Below are positions 1 through 15,100 of a stretch of 46,051 nucleotides of DNA, in pieces (the stretch's first letter is position 1; every line of letters begins with the position of its first letter). Under the pieces are notes generated by a model. It did not search any database and had not been told where the DNA came from. It was given only the letters and a program-made list of their open reading frames with translations. A program made the translations under genes and the position numbers. The DNA comes from a virus (taxonomy: Duplodnaviria; Heunggongvirae; Uroviricota; Caudoviricetes): the IMG/VR virus record IMGVR_UViG_3300010275_000216. One strand, 5' to 3'.

Positions 1-121
1 CCACATAACCTGCACCATAGGTTCCCATTGCCAGAATTAACGCCATTGCCGTTGATGATTCAGGAAAAAATATTTCATGAAACACTAACGCTGCGCCGAG
101 CGAATATAACTGGAAGTCCAT
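1..121 (-). CDS. 5' end of a leftward gene truncated by the window edge; hydrophobic N-terminus (MDFQLYSLGAALVFHEIFFPESS...), probably a host-side membrane protein
   Basis: ATG at about 119-121 on minus strand with in-frame stop two codons upstream; reading frame runs off position 1; not in ORF track because incomplete. Confidence 0.3.
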   Translation of the reverse strand, partial: MDFQLYSLGAALVFHEIFFPESSTAMALILAMGTYGAGYV

Positions 122-724
122 AATTCACAGGTGTTTTTTCCCATCCTGTGGTTTCCTTGGCGTTTTCTAGGTTTTTTCAGATAGTTGCATTTTTTAAAAA
201 GCATCCTAAGTTCGATCTCAGTGTCTATCTGGGGCCTATTTCTGTCCCATATATGCCCCAAAAAGACTCCCCAACAGATAAGTAGTTTTTTCATGGATTT
301 ACGCGTAAAATCAATAACGGCTGGAAATCATTCAATACTCGCACTATCGAAAAATTTACCAGCCAACCGCAGCACGTTCTTGCATAAGGCGTGTCTGCGG
401 TTTTTCAACTATTCAGATACATCACTCCCATCACATTCATTCCTCCGCATCAAAGGCATATAGGCTATATCACCTTGATATTTTTCTTCTTCAGATAAAA
501 ACTGTTATCTATGTATACTTTTAAACCCAATCCGTGTAGAGTCTCTGCATAAGATAGTTTGCAGTTGCCACTTCAGCTTGCGCCATAAACCGCCTGATTT
601 TTGCCGCCACCTGTTAGCATTCCTGTATACCTGAAACGACAATGTTTATCTACGAACTTTAAGAACACCCAGGATAAAAATTGTCAACTATATCATATAT
701 AACACATTACTAATTCGAGGCTAT

Positions 725-838
725 ATGAACAGCATACTGATAATCACTTCGCTCCTTATCATATTCAGCATTTTTAGTCATGCTCTAATAAAATTAGGGA
801 TTGGCATATCCAATAACCCAGACAAAACCGATGTATAA
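725..838 (+). CDS. small hydrophobic 37-aa ORF ([37 protein letters not shown])
   Basis: ATG preceded by GAGG about 6 nt upstream; single predicted transmembrane helix; below ORF-track size cutoff. Confidence 0.25.
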
Positions 839-906
839 GTCAACATATCCTGAATCAGACATACAATATCGCAATGAAAATCAATAATATTTTAAGGAAT
901 ATCTTC

Positions 907-1140
907 ATGAAATCAAAAGACACCCTAAAGTGGTTCCCTGCGCAGCTTCCTGAAGTAAGAATTATCCTAGGGGATGCTGTAGTGGAAGTAGCAAAACAGG
1001 GAAGACCTATCAATACCAGAACATTGCTTGATTACATTGAAGGAAACATAAAGAAAAAGTCATGGCTGGATAACAAAGAATTATTACAAACAGCGATATC
1101 AGTTCTTAAAGACAACAAAAATTTAAATGGTAAAATGTAA
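907..1140 (+). CDS. ydfK: YdfK/YnaE-like prophage cold-shock-associated protein (77 aa from internal ATG)
   Basis: ATG at 907 with AAGGA 9 nt upstream; 77-aa product and position next to pin match the ydfK/ynaE arrangement of Qin/Rac as I recall it. Confidence 0.5.
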   Translation: MKSKDTLKWFPAQLPEVRIILGDAVVEVAKQGRPINTRTLLDYIEGNIKKKSWLDNKELLQTAISVLKDNKNLNGKM

Positions 1141-1458
1141 TATAATAAACTTACTTTTTTATCATTTTTCCACTTTAACAACATTTTGCTCCACTTTTCC
1201 ACGACCAAACAACTTGAAATCTGGTTAAAATAACACGCAACACTATTCTTCTTCCTTGAGTCCGCCCGGAACTCGAAAAACAAACCGAGTTAAGGCCATT
1301 TTTCACAAAATCGATTTTGGATCTCACCAAAATTACGTGGTTGCATACGCATTCGTTTATTTTCGAACGTGTACATACAAATATGTACAAAAATAATCAA
1401 AATTATTTTCTGAGATGCATTATGATATGTACACCAATTTCGTATAGAAGATCTCACT

Positions 1459-2049
1459 ATGTCTCGAATTTATGCTTACTGTCGGGTATCAACTCTGGAA
1501 CAAACAACCAAAAATCAACGTCGGGAAATCGAAAGTGCAGGTTTTAACATCAAATCTCAGCAAATAATTGAAGAACAAATTAGCGGCTCAGCAGCAACCA
1601 GTGAGCGTCCTGGTTTTAACCAGTTGCTTGATCGACTGAAAAGAGGTGATGCATTGATTGTCACAAAACTGGATCGCCTCGGTTGTAATCCAATGGATAT
1701 CAGTAAAACGGTGGAACAACTGACCAAAGCAGGTATCAAAGTGCATTGCTTAGCATTGGGGGGCGTTGACCTGACCAGTCCACCTGGAAAAATGATGATG
1801 CAAGTAATTTCAGCAGTCGCTGAATTTGAGCGAGACCTTTTACTTGAGCGTACTCATTCAGGGATATTAAGAGCACGGGGCGCAGGAAAGCGATTTGGTC
1901 GCCCACCTGTGTTAAATGATGAACAAATACAGAGGGTACTAGAGCAAATTAAGTCAGGTATAAATATAAGTGACATTGCCCAAGAATTCAAAACCTCGCG
2001 GCAAACCATTTTAAGAGCTAAAGCAAAAAATCAGACACCTGATATATAA
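1459..2049 (+). CDS. pin: serine recombinase, DNA invertase (Pin/Hin/Gin family, 196 aa)
   Basis: N-terminal [11 protein letters not shown] catalytic-serine motif, resolvase core, C-terminal HTH; 196 aa as PinQ/PinR; convergent with tfa. Confidence 0.85.
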   Translation: MSRIYAYCRVSTLEQTTKNQRREIESAGFNIKSQQIIEEQISGSAATSERPGFNQLLDRLKRGDALIVTKLDRLGCNPMDISKTVEQLTKAGIKVHCLALGGVDLTSPPGKMMMQVISAVAEFERDLLLERTHSGILRARGAGKRFGRPPVLNDEQIQRVLEQIKSGINISDIAQEFKTSRQTILRAKAKNQTPDI

Positions 2050-2147
2050 AAATAATCTCGGTGTGAGATTCCTTACGTTTTCCAAGCCCCCCCTTCCTAG
2101 CCTTAAATGGAAAGATACTTCTAATTATAGAATTTATATATCTTACC

Positions 2148-2723
2148 CTACGGTAGGGCTGGCCATTCAATATCCGGTGCAGTTGATGTATCAACACGGT
2201 TCAGCAACACCCGATACTTTTTCCAGGCTTCCAGCAACAAGGTTTCTTTCTCCGTTGCGATCTCCAGATCCACAGCATCCTGAAGCGGCGCTATATGCTC
2301 ACTGGCTACCTGCATCAGGCTGTTTTTTGTTTCTTCCGCCTCCCGGATCCGGAACAGTTTTTCTGCTTCCGTATCCTTCACCCAGGCTGTGCCGTTCCAC
2401 TTCTGAAACTCCCCTTCCGGGGATAACCAGGTGACATTTTCCGGTAATGAGCCGAGTTCAGAAATAAATAACGCGTCGCCGGAAGCCACGTCATAGACCG
2501 TTTTTCCCCGATGGTCTTCAACGAGATGCCACGATGCCTCATCACTGTTGAAAACAGCCACAAAGCCAGCCGGAATATCTGGCGGTGCAATATCGGTACT
2601 GTTTGCAGGCAGACCTGTATGAGGCGGAATATATGCGTCACCTTCACCAATAAATTCATTAGTTCCGGCCAGCAGGTTATAAATTTTTATGGTCCGTGCT
2701 TGTTCACTCATTCTGAATGCCAT
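2148..2723 (-). CDS. tfa: tail fibre assembly protein Tfa
   Basis: N-terminus [38 protein letters not shown] matches my recollection of lambda Tfa along most of its length; start overlaps stf stop. Confidence 0.9.
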   Translation of the reverse strand: MAFRMSEQARTIKIYNLLAGTNEFIGEGDAYIPPHTGLPANSTDIAPPDIPAGFVAVFNSDEASWHLVEDHRGKTVYDVASGDALFISELGSLPENVTWLSPEGEFQKWNGTAWVKDTEAEKLFRIREAEETKNSLMQVASEHIAPLQDAVDLEIATEKETLLLEAWKKYRVLLNRVDTSTAPDIEWPALP

Positions 2724-5674
2724 TATGCGAGCCTCACAATATAGTTAAATGCGATGTTTTTGACGGTGTTTTCCGCGTTACCAGCAGCGTTAACGGTGAT
2801 GGTGTGTCCATGTGAACCAATCGCAACAGAGTGCGTATGAGCACCAATACCGACAGTATGCGCGTGTGCACCCGCAGATGCTGCTGTGCCGGACAGTGAG
2901 TGTGTATGGTTTCCTTCTGAAGATGATTTACCTACCCATTGGGAGGTGCCACTGGTTAATGAGCCACTGATACCAACCTGATTAGTCCCGCTAACTTGAG
3001 TACTCCCTGCCGGAAACATTCCAGTAGGTTGACTCCCGCTATTCGTTCTGGGCCCAGTCTGACTATGTTGGTGGGCCCCAGCTGAACTTGTAGAGCCGCT
3101 CAGACTGTGCGTATGCGCCCCGGTGTTATTCGTGGATTTAGTGCCGTAATCAAACGACGATGTGGTTTTCGTCCCCAAATCCGTACTGGATGCGCTGGCG
3201 CTGTGGGTGTGCGATTTTATGCCGTCCTGTTCCTGAGACAATACGGCCCGACCACTGGCAGGTTTGCCCTTAATCGTCCAGCCACGCATATCAGGGATCA
3301 CGCCTGACGGATAAGCGGCTGCAAGTTTCGGGTATGCAGATTTGTCAAAAGTCTGCCCCTGCATCAGGGCATAACCAGACGGAACGGTATCTGATGGCCA
3401 CGGGATTGGTGCACCGACTGGATAAAACTCTGCAGGAGGATGAGCCGAGGTGTAAAGCTGCGCCCACGGCGACCAGTTTGCGTCGATCGTATCCCGTCGT
3501 GAACGAATAAATGCCGGAGCATGAGCACCGCTTGTACCACTCCAGCCGATGAGTAACTCACCTTCGCCAACGGCTGTCATCCCTTTCAGGTGAATGATAT
3601 TTCCATACGCTGTTGGATATCCGTTGTTATACACCTCGTATAACTCAAGACCTGTTGCCCCCTGCGTATTGTCTGTCAGCGCGGTTACCCGACCTTTTGA
3701 AGCCAGATTAACTGATGATACTGCTGTTCCACCTGACGGTAATGCCCCGATCTCTGATGCCGTTGGCTTATTTCTGGAGTTATAGTCCCTTCGCCAGCCA
3801 GGTGAATAATCTGTTCCGTGATTAATATAGGTAAACTGGGCGTTAGTTGTTCCGCCACCAGTGGAGGTGGTCGGTGTGGTAATGCGGATCGTCATCGCTG
3901 ACTTTATCCCCATTACTTCAATGACGGCTCCTGCGAGATGAATATTACCGCAGCCAGTATCAGTAATGATTTTATTATTGCCATAAGACCAGGAACCCTT
4001 GCACATCCAGTATGGATGGTTAAATGCTCCCTGAGAATCCAGCCACTCGATAAACTGTGCAGTCGTCCAGTTTCCTGTTGTTGTGCTTACTGACCCACCG
4101 AAGGCACGGCAGGCACCAATATTTTTCGTAAAGGTGTCTTTGCCAGGGATATCCGCACCGTTCTGATCTTTCTGCAGACGTTTCTCAGCATTGTCATTGG
4201 CTGCTTTTACTGCCTTTGGCGTTGCCGCCAGCGTTTCAGACGTGCTGTTGGTCGCACTGCTGAGCTGTACTATCCCCTTTTTCGTCGTGCTCGCATCCTC
4301 AAGCGCCACGGCGGATGCAATATCCTCTGCCCGTTTTGCTGCTGTCTCGGCGCGCGTTGCCGCGGATTCCGCCGTACTTTTGCTCTGAGCTGCCGCCGTC
4401 GCACTACCAGCTGCCTCTGTCGCCTTCGTGGATGCCGTCGTGGCGCTGCCTTTCGCTGCTGATGCCTGTCTGGTCGCCTCATCTTTTGAAGCAGACGCAG
4501 ATGATGCCGATGACGCCGCCGAACTGGCGGACGATGCAGCTGCCGTTTTTGAGGATTCTGCACTGGTTTCCGACGCTTTCGCGTTCGTTTCGGATGTCTT
4601 CGCTGCGGATGCAGACCTCGCTGCTGCGCTGGCCTGTTCAGCGGCTTCGCCAGCCTTCGTTGTGGCTGTTGAAGCAGACGATGCGGCACTTTCTGCCGAT
4701 TTTCCGGCGGCAGTGGCTCTGGCTGAGGCCTGCCCGGCACTTGTTGACGCGGCACTGGCAGATGATGCAGCCGCTGTTTTTGAGCCTGCCGCAGCTGAGG
4801 CACTCTGTCCCGCTGCCGTTTCAGAAGACCTGGCGTTCGTCTCGGACGTTTTTGCCGCCTTCGCGGAATTTGCTGCCGCCGTTGCCGAGGAAGCGGAACT
4901 ACTGGCGCTCGAGGATGCGTTCGTTTCTGATGATTTCGCTGCCTCTTTTGAGGCCGCCGCATCCCGGGCTGAGGTGGCAGCTTCTGACGCTTTCGTAGTC
5001 GCGGTGGATGCAGAAGTGGCTGCTGATTGTTGTGACGCTGCGGCATTCGTTTCTGACGTTTTCGCCGCACCGGCACTGGTAGCCGCCGCGCTTTTTGAGG
5101 ACTCTGCAGCGGCAGCACTTTTTTCCGCTTCAGTGGCCTTTGTTGATGCCGTTCCTGCGCTGGAGGACGCTGACTGAGCCGACGAAGCGGCCTGTCCGGC
5201 TGACGTGCTGGCTGCGCGTGCTGAGCCTGCAGCATCAGTCGCATGGGTTGCCGCCTCACTGGCAGATGTGCCGGCATCGCCGGCTGACTTCTTCGCGGCT
5301 GCCGTGTTCTGTGCCACCGCGGACGCGTTACGCGCCACCTCTTCCACCATCAGTTCAAAACGGCGCAGAGCCTCCGGACGGGCATCATCCTCCGTCATGG
5401 CACCGAGAAAATCATTCAGCGTACCGGGTCGGGAATCTTCATACACGGTGATAGTCCCGGCATGTGACGGCGGGAATCCCTCCACCAACAGAATAACGCT
5501 GTACTGACCGTACTCAACGTCCATGCTGTAACGCCCGGCTTCATCCGGATTTTCTGAGGCCAGCGTGTTCACCACCACCGTGTTGCTGTTACGTTTTGCT
5601 TTCAGCTGGATTGTGCAGTTCTGTACCGGTTTTCCTGTGCCGTCTTTCAGTACACCTGAAATCTTTACTGCCAT
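2723..5674 (-). CDS. stf: side tail fibre protein Stf with expanded Ala/Ser-rich central repeats and lambda-like C-terminal receptor-binding region
   Basis: N-terminus [26 protein letters not shown] and C-terminus ...[18 protein letters not shown] as in lambda Stf; ORF-track start at 5680 is GTG, ATG at 5674 preferred; 983 aa versus about 774 in lambda. Confidence 0.9.
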   Translation of the reverse strand: MAVKISGVLKDGTGKPVQNCTIQLKAKRNSNTVVVNTLASENPDEAGRYSMDVEYGQYSVILLVEGFPPSHAGTITVYEDSRPGTLNDFLGAMTEDDARPEALRRFELMVEEVARNASAVAQNTAAAKKSAGDAGTSASEAATHATDAAGSARAASTSAGQAASSAQSASSSAGTASTKATEAEKSAAAAESSKSAAATSAGAAKTSETNAAASQQSAATSASTATTKASEAATSARDAAASKEAAKSSETNASSSASSSASSATAAANSAKAAKTSETNARSSETAAGQSASAAAGSKTAAASSASAASTSAGQASARATAAGKSAESAASSASTATTKAGEAAEQASAAARSASAAKTSETNAKASETSAESSKTAAASSASSAASSASSASASKDEATRQASAAKGSATTASTKATEAAGSATAAAQSKSTAESAATRAETAAKRAEDIASAVALEDASTTKKGIVQLSSATNSTSETLAATPKAVKAANDNAEKRLQKDQNGADIPGKDTFTKNIGACRAFGGSVSTTTGNWTTAQFIEWLDSQGAFNHPYWMCKGSWSYGNNKIITDTGCGNIHLAGAVIEVMGIKSAMTIRITTPTTSTGGGTTNAQFTYINHGTDYSPGWRRDYNSRNKPTASEIGALPSGGTAVSSVNLASKGRVTALTDNTQGATGLELYEVYNNGYPTAYGNIIHLKGMTAVGEGELLIGWSGTSGAHAPAFIRSRRDTIDANWSPWAQLYTSAHPPAEFYPVGAPIPWPSDTVPSGYALMQGQTFDKSAYPKLAAAYPSGVIPDMRGWTIKGKPASGRAVLSQEQDGIKSHTHSASASSTDLGTKTTSSFDYGTKSTNNTGAHTHSLSGSTSSAGAHQHSQTGPRTNSGSQPTGMFPAGSTQVSGTNQVGISGSLTSGTSQWVGKSSSEGNHTHSLSGTAASAGAHAHTVGIGAHTHSVAIGSHGHTITVNAAGNAENTVKNIAFNYIVRLA

Positions 5675-5690
5675 ATTCACCCCACAAAAA

Positions 5691-5712
5691 AGCCCGCCTG
5701 AACCGGCGGGCT
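5691..5712 (-). terminator. rho-independent terminator downstream of lom (GC stem AGCCCGCC/GGCGGGCT followed by T6 on minus strand)
   Basis: Inverted repeat with run of A on plus strand immediately 5' of it, about 30 nt after lom stop and 17 nt before stf start. Confidence 0.55.
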
Positions 5713-5738
5713 GTCATAACACTGTGTTACCTGGCTAA

Positions 5739-6338
5739 TCAGAATTTATAACCAACACCAACGATGAACCCGTCAGTGCGCCAGTCGCCACTGCCGGAGC
5801 CTTCATAAGCGACATCAACGGCCACGGATTCGGTCGGGTTAAACTGCACGCCAGCTCCCCACGCCAGAGAGGTGTTACTGTGGCGAGCGTCATCACTTCC
5901 GGTCAGCACATCATGCGTTTTCCCCTTGTTGTCAGTTACGCGGAGATAATCCCCGGAGAAAGTCGACACACGGCTGTAAGCCACACCCGCCATCGCATAC
6001 GCGCTGAACCATTCATTCACGCGCACAGACGGCCCCGCCATCACGCTGAACCAGCGGTTACGAACGGAATCTTCATGCCAGCGGGTATCGCTGTAACGGG
6101 TAAGCTGGCGATTCTTGTCTCCTGCATAGCTGAATGACGTCACCATCCCCAGTGTGTCCGTAAACTCATAACGGTATTTCACGTTAATCCCGTTCAGATC
6201 ATCGCTGCCGGGAACGTTCGTCGAGACATGAAGATACCCCGCGCTCAGCGTGGACTGATGTTCAGACGCCCATGCAGGCGCACCGGATACGGCCAGACAA
6301 ATGGCTGCGGACAAAATGGCTGCATAAAGTTTACGCAT
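5739..6338 (-). CDS. lom: outer membrane protein Lom (Ail/Lom family) with signal peptide
   Basis: Signal peptide [24 protein letters not shown], beta-barrel-like alternation, C-terminal F; lambda position J-lom-stf. Confidence 0.9.
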   Translation of the reverse strand: MRKLYAAILSAAICLAVSGAPAWASEHQSTLSAGYLHVSTNVPGSDDLNGINVKYRYEFTDTLGMVTSFSYAGDKNRQLTRYSDTRWHEDSVRNRWFSVMAGPSVRVNEWFSAYAMAGVAYSRVSTFSGDYLRVTDNKGKTHDVLTGSDDARHSNTSLAWGAGVQFNPTESVAVDVAYEGSGSGDWRTDGFIVGVGYKF

Positions 6339-6368
6339 AATTACCTCTCGCTTTTCTGCAATAAAAAA

Positions 6369-6386
6369 GGCGTCATTTCTGACGCC
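6369..6386 (-). terminator. rho-independent terminator between J and lom (GGCGTCA-GAAA-TGACGCC plus T-run on minus strand)
   Basis: Perfect 7-bp stem with 4-nt loop followed by TTTTTTATT on minus strand; lies between J stop (6405) and lom start (6338). Confidence 0.6.
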
Positions 6387-6404
6387 CGTTCTGGGTTATA
6401 AAAT

Positions 6405-9806
<3,402 letters not shown>

Positions 9807-9863
9807 TCACGCTCCATAAACGACAAAACCGCCCGGAGGCGGTTTCACATAAAACGTTTTTCA

Positions 9864-10511
9864 TCAGCGACCAATCACCACAACCTGACCACCATCCCCT
9901 TCGTCTGCCGTGCTGATCTCCTGAGAGACCACCCGCGACCCCACGCGCATTTCACCGTACAGAACGGGCAGAACATTGCCCTGGGCAACCATGTTATCCA
10001 GTGAGGAGAAATAGGTGTTCTGTTTGCCGTTATCTGTACTTGCTGCCGTGGGCGTCCTGGCTTTCGGTGCCAGCATCTGCGCCACTCCGCCCAGGATCAT
10101 ACTGGCCCCTGCCGCATACATGCCCGATACAGCCGCGGCACCCAGCCAGCCCACAGGGTTCCACCATGCCACCGCAATCAGCGCCGCCCCCAGCACCACC
10201 TGAAACACACCGCCACTTTTAGCTCCCGCCAGACGCGGCACGATGTGGATCACGGCACCATTTGCCAGCGGCTCATTAAGACGGGCAGACAATTCGGTTT
10301 CACCTGCATCACGCCCGGCAATGCGTACCTGGTACCAGCCGTCGCTCAGTTTCTGACGAAACGCCGGGATCTGCATGGCCAGCGCCCGGATGGCTTCGGA
10401 CCCCGTTTTCACTCGAAGGTCGATGCGGCGGCCAAATCGTTGTAAATCCCCGTAAAGGCAGATGCGTGCCATGCCCGGTGACGCCAGAGGGAGTGTGTGC
10501 GTCGCTGCCAT
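9864..10511 (-). CDS. I: tail tip assembly protein I
   Basis: Lambda I-like sequence; 5' end overlaps 3' end of K as in lambda. Confidence 0.9.
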   Translation of the reverse strand: MAATHTLPLASPGMARICLYGDLQRFGRRIDLRVKTGSEAIRALAMQIPAFRQKLSDGWYQVRIAGRDAGETELSARLNEPLANGAVIHIVPRLAGAKSGGVFQVVLGAALIAVAWWNPVGWLGAAAVSGMYAAGASMILGGVAQMLAPKARTPTAASTDNGKQNTYFSSLDNMVAQGNVLPVLYGEMRVGSRVVSQEISTADEGDGGQVVVIGR

Positions 10512-11152
10512 TTGTCGGTGTACCTCTCTCGTTTGCTCAGTTGTTCAGGAATATGGTGCAGCAGCTCGCTGTCACCACAGTAAATGGCGGCATGATTCGG
10601 CACCGATGAACCAAAACAGCACAGCAGCACATCGCCCGGCTGCGCCGCTGACAACGGCACCTGATACAGCCCTGTGGCCTCCAGATTATCCAGATAGAGA
10701 TTCTGACCGTTACGCCACCAGTCATCCTCGCGATGAAAATCCGGCATCTCAATCCCCGCCAGATGGTAAGCATCCCGGAACAGCGTGTAACAGTCCGTCA
10801 CCCCGTGCTCAAAGCGCCGACCGGAAAGATGTGGCACACAGCGGAACTTGTGAATCGCCCCCCGGCAAACCAGCCACCACGGCAAATCACTCTGCACCTG
10901 CAGCCGCCGGTCGGTCTCACTCAGCCAGGGCAGACCACCGGGGTGGCTGTGGACCAGCGCCACAATCTCACCCTGCATCTCTGCCCGCAGCCAGTCCTCC
11001 GGCGACATCCGGAAATACTCCTCCGGCTCACCGGAGATATTCACGCAGGGAAAATATCTTTCCCCCTCCGGTGTTCTCACCACGAAGCCGCACGACTCCG
11101 CTGGCGCACATCGCCGGGCGTGCGCCAGAATCGCTGATTCTGTCTCTGTCAT
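10409..11152 (-). CDS. K: tail tip assembly protein K (NlpC/P60 plus JAB/MPN domain)
   Basis: JAMM motif HSHPGG...SETD; ORF-track start at 11161 is GTG overlapping L stop, ATG 9 nt downstream preferred. Confidence 0.85.
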   Translation of the reverse strand: MTETESAILAHARRCAPAESCGFVVRTPEGERYFPCVNISGEPEEYFRMSPEDWLRAEMQGEIVALVHSHPGGLPWLSETDRRLQVQSDLPWWLVCRGAIHKFRCVPHLSGRRFEHGVTDCYTLFRDAYHLAGIEMPDFHREDDWWRNGQNLYLDNLEATGLYQVPLSAAQPGDVLLCCFGSSVPNHAAIYCGDSELLHHIPEQLSKRERYTDKWQRRTHSLWRHRAWHASAFTGIYNDLAAASTFE

Positions 11153-11157
11153 GGGAT

Positions 11158-11856
11158 TCACTGCGAAAGTTTGTTAATGGAAAGGAAGCCGCCAAAGTTG
11201 CCGACGTTATTGCGAAACTTACAGCCGCTCAGGCATTTGCTGCATTTATCCTTCGTGATATCGGACGTCGGCTGATCATATTCATCCGCGACCGCCGGAC
11301 CGTGATAACCGCACTCATCACCGCGATAGGTCCAGGTGCAGGTGTTGGCCAGCATGATACGTCCCGGAAAAACGGCACCGTCCGTTTCCGTCGGCGTGGA
11401 CAGTACAAAAGAGGCACTCACCGCGCTCAGTTCGCTGCACTGCTCGATGCGCCAGCGGCTGATCACCTCCTGCTCCGGATCGGCGTCACTGTTTCCGTTG
11501 ACGAAGTTCACCGCATCCAGAAAACGGGCGTAAACCTTACGCCGGACCACCGTTCCTCCGACCAGACTCTGCAGGTCTTCCGCCATCCCGGTGACCATGC
11601 CGTGCAGGTTAGAAACCGTCAGTGTCGGACGGGCAGCACTGCCCTTGCCGTTCAGTTCAAATCCCGTCCCCTGAATGGGGTATACCTGATACTGCCGCCC
11701 CTGCCAGATAACCGGCTCACCTTTTTCGTTCTGCTCATTACAGAAAAAATAACGTTCACCACCGACCTCTGTCAGATCGATTTCCCAGAGCACCACCGGG
11801 GCTGACTGAGTGAGGCGTGTCGTCTCATGATGTGTTTCCTGTGGAATATCCTGCAT
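11158..11856 (-). CDS. L: minor tail protein L (232 aa)
   Basis: Same length as lambda L; Cys cluster near C-terminus; position M-L-K. Confidence 0.9.
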   Translation of the reverse strand: MQDIPQETHHETTRLTQSAPVVLWEIDLTEVGGERYFFCNEQNEKGEPVIWQGRQYQVYPIQGTGFELNGKGSAARPTLTVSNLHGMVTGMAEDLQSLVGGTVVRRKVYARFLDAVNFVNGNSDADPEQEVISRWRIEQCSELSAVSASFVLSTPTETDGAVFPGRIMLANTCTWTYRGDECGYHGPAVADEYDQPTSDITKDKCSKCLSGCKFRNNVGNFGGFLSINKLSQ

Positions 11857-11865
11857 CAGAGCCTC

Positions 11866-12195
11866 CTATGCCACGACCTGTTCAAAATCTGCCGTTATGG
11901 TTACCCACAGCGCCCCCACGCTTGCCGACCATTTACGACAAACCACCCTGATCGGTTTCCAGTCATAAGGTGGCGTCCACTGAAATGCACGGACGCCACC
12001 GTGCCGTTCCAGAAAGGCTTTTAAAGATGGGTGTTCACATTTACGAACACGTATCGTCACGCTGTAAGTCGACAACTGGTTATTCAGTCCCGCCGCACGA
12101 CGCTGTTCATAACCATCGCCCAGCTTCACTGTCACCACTTTCGGCTCTGATACCACATTCATATCCGGGCGCACTTTCCAGTGAAACGTCTCCAT
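11866..12195 (-). CDS. M: minor tail protein M (109 aa)
   Basis: Same length as lambda M; start overlaps H stop (TAATG). Confidence 0.9.
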   Translation of the reverse strand: METFHWKVRPDMNVVSEPKVVTVKLGDGYEQRRAAGLNNQLSTYSVTIRVRKCEHPSLKAFLERHGGVRAFQWTPPYDWKPIRVVCRKWSASVGALWVTITADFEQVVA

Positions 12196-15100
12196 TACCG
12201 ATATGCTCCACTTAACCGACCACCATCACGGGCCTGCTGTTGCATAAAGTCCGCTGCCGCTTTTTTCCCGAGGTCATAAACCGCCTTCAGGGCAGCCGGA
12301 CCTATCTGCCCGTTCGTGCCATCGTTATTGATCTCGATGTTGTACTGCGGGGAAAACATCGCCATACCTGAACCCCCAATATCCGCCACAACCCCCAGCT
12401 TACCGTCAGCACCACGACGCAATGGCAGAATGGCTTCAGGTCCCGCTTCCCCCATCACACCCGCGCCTTTTGCAAAAGCAAAAAACGTCGGACGGTTAAC
12501 CACCGTGCCACTGTAACGACTCAAATCAGCAGACTGATAAATCCCCCCATTGGCATTCAGGGAAAGGCTGCTGAGATCAAATCCCAGTACACTGCCAATC
12601 CCTTTTATCGATTTCATCATGGTTGCCTGCGCCAGGATTTTCGCCATATCTGACAGCACAGAAGAGGTGAAGGATTTGAAATTGAGTTTGCCGGTAGTGA
12701 CAAAAGTTGCCAGGCCATTTCCCATGTTGCTGAAGGCTGACGAGAACACCTGTTCTGCTGTTTCTGCCGTATTATCTGCATCCACGGTAAAATCCTGAAA
12801 TGCACGCAGGACTCCGTTTTTCCAGTTACCCTGCACAACTTCAAGCTGTTGCCAGTAACGGCGATTCTCATTCAGTTGTCGGTTCAGGCTCTCCGTCAGC
12901 GCCTGCTCGGCCTTTCTGTAGTCATCCGTGTTATATGTCCCTTTCTGCTCACTATCCCGCCTCAACTGCTCCAGCTGTTGCTGGTATTTCTGGCGAAGAC
13001 TCAGTTGTACCTGATATCGCTGTCGCTGCTGATCACCCATACCCACCGTGGCGATATCCAGGTCATGTTGCTGACGCTGAGCGCGCTCTTCTTCAGCCAG
13101 TTGACTGGTCAGCTGAATTGTTTTTTTCTTCAGCTCGTTGAGTGCCGTCTGTTTCTGAAGCTCCTGCTGTTTTACATCCAGCAGCGTCAGTGCCTGAATC
13201 AGTTCCTCTTTACGGGCCAGCACACTCTTTTCATCTGCCGTCAGTTTTTTCCCGTCCAGGTCGCTGATGCGCTGCTGCAGAGCCAGAAGCTGTTTATGCG
13301 CTTCTGTCATCCTTTCCGTGGCAATGCCTGCTGACTGTCTGGCAGCAGCAATCTGTCCTTCCACCTGTGCCTGTTGCTGACTGTACTGCAGCAATAACCG
13401 GGTGGCCTCATCATTACGGGTTTCGCGTGTTTTTTTCTTACCGGATGCCAGGGCTTTCTCGTAACGTTCATTTTCACGTTGTATCGCCGCATCCCTGACA
13501 GCCTGATCGGCGTACTGCATGGCATTAATACGCGCAATTTCACGCTGATGTCGTGCTGCTTCCGTTTCATTCATCCGGTTCAGTGCAGCATTTTCAGCAT
13601 TACGGCGTTTCTGTTGCTCCTGATAATTCCGCTCTGCCTGCTCTTTTGCATCCTGCAAATCCTTCTGGCGTTTTTTCTCCTGAAGATCGTTAAGACGCTG
13701 CTGATCGTATTCAACCTGAGAAGATGATGCCGTCCAGGGGAGTCTTTTCGCCCGCGACACTTTCTCCTGTAAAGCGGCAATCTGTTCATCCAGCGAGTCT
13801 TCACGACCAATATTCATGGCCGCATCCCAGAAACGACTCCACAAATCAGACAGATACTTCAGCGTACTGCCAAGCGCATTGAGGTTATTATCAATATCCG
13901 CAGTACGCCGACCGGTTTCCTCTGCCAGTGCAGACATGGCTATCCGTGCAGCATCACTGGACCGCCCCTGCTCCCCAAGGACGCGTATCTGCTCAAGCTG
14001 AGTGGCAGTAAGAAAATGCAGCTCATTGTCCAGAGCCTTCGCGGCATTTACAGGATCATCCTTCAGCCGCTTAAACTGATTTATGGTATCGCTGACCGAC
14101 TGGCCAACCGATCGCTCCATCTGTGCGGCAGCTCTCGCCACCATACCGATATCGTTTCCACGAAATGCACCACTCCCCACCACCTGAGCCAGCGCACCGG
14201 CTGCAGCATGTTGCGTGATACCATTCCCGGAAATAGCACGACTGAGCGTCCACAGCTGTCCGGCAGTGACTCCGGCATAATGCCCCGTCAGCGACAACTG
14301 GCGGTTAAATTCTTCCCCCTCCTTCTGACCGTCATACCAGGCTTTACCCAGACCATAGACGGCCGCGGCAATACCGCCAATAACCCCGCCTGGCATCATG
14401 CCTTTCGGTGACATCAGTGTGTCTATCCATCCGGCACGGTTAGCCAGCGTTATCCCGGATCCCCTCAGCGCCCCTAAATTGCCGCGGGCCAGTTCACCTA
14501 TCAGAACGCCTATCTCCTGGCGGGCTGCTGCACTTTTCAGACCCAGCGAATGCGTGGCTTTTCCTGCCTGCTCCATTTTGCGGATATACACTTCTGCAGC
14601 ACTGCTTACCCCCAGATGGGCTGCCTTAGCACGAAGCAACTCAGAAGATGAAAGATTCTGGCGGGTTGCCTGCTCTTTAAGCTGACGGATAAACGCCACT
14701 TTCTGTCGGGTAGCCTCTTCCTCAGCCTGTGTAAGAACACGGGTTTTCGCAGTAACCTCAGAAATCAGCGCCAGATAATCCTGCTGACCAATCCCGCCAC
14801 TGTTTCTGGCCTGTCGGATCTGCTGCTGAATACGCTGTAATTCCTGCAGCCCCGCACTGGCCTGTTTCACACTGTCAATCTGACGATAAAACGCAGCAGC
14901 CGCTTTATCCTGAGCCTCCGCCAGAGCCATGGCCTGCGCCTGTTCCTCGCGCATTTTCTGGCTCAGTGCCTCCATGCGCTGGCGGGTTTTCTCCACCTCG
15001 CGGGCCATGCGTTCATGAGCCTGTGCGTTCTTCTCCACCGTCTGCGCATGGACGGATGCGGCTGTTGCAGCCGAAGAAGCTGCCTGCGTTGTCTGCCGGG

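Noticed and set aside
85-463. ORFs 85..294 (minus) and 185..463 (plus)
   Set aside because: Overlap each other and the truncated edge gene; low-complexity translations without SD; probably non-coding flank.
2050-2147. Canonical gix/hix/pix 26-bp crossover site between pin and tfa
   Set aside because: No convincing match to the TTATC.AAACC..GGTTT..GATAA-type consensus; only a short palindrome at the tfa stop, reported as a hypothesis instead.
4270-5277. Long overlapping ORFs (335, 249 and 227 aa) in other frames of the stf repeat region
   Set aside because: Artifacts of the GC-rich Ala/Ser-codon repeat, which is open in several frames; translations are poly-Arg/Pro/Gln or poly-Ala/Asp low complexity.
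10462-11805. 447-aa plus-strand ORF across K and L
   Set aside because: Antisense to two conserved tail genes; Pro/Arg/Ala-rich composition; no SD.
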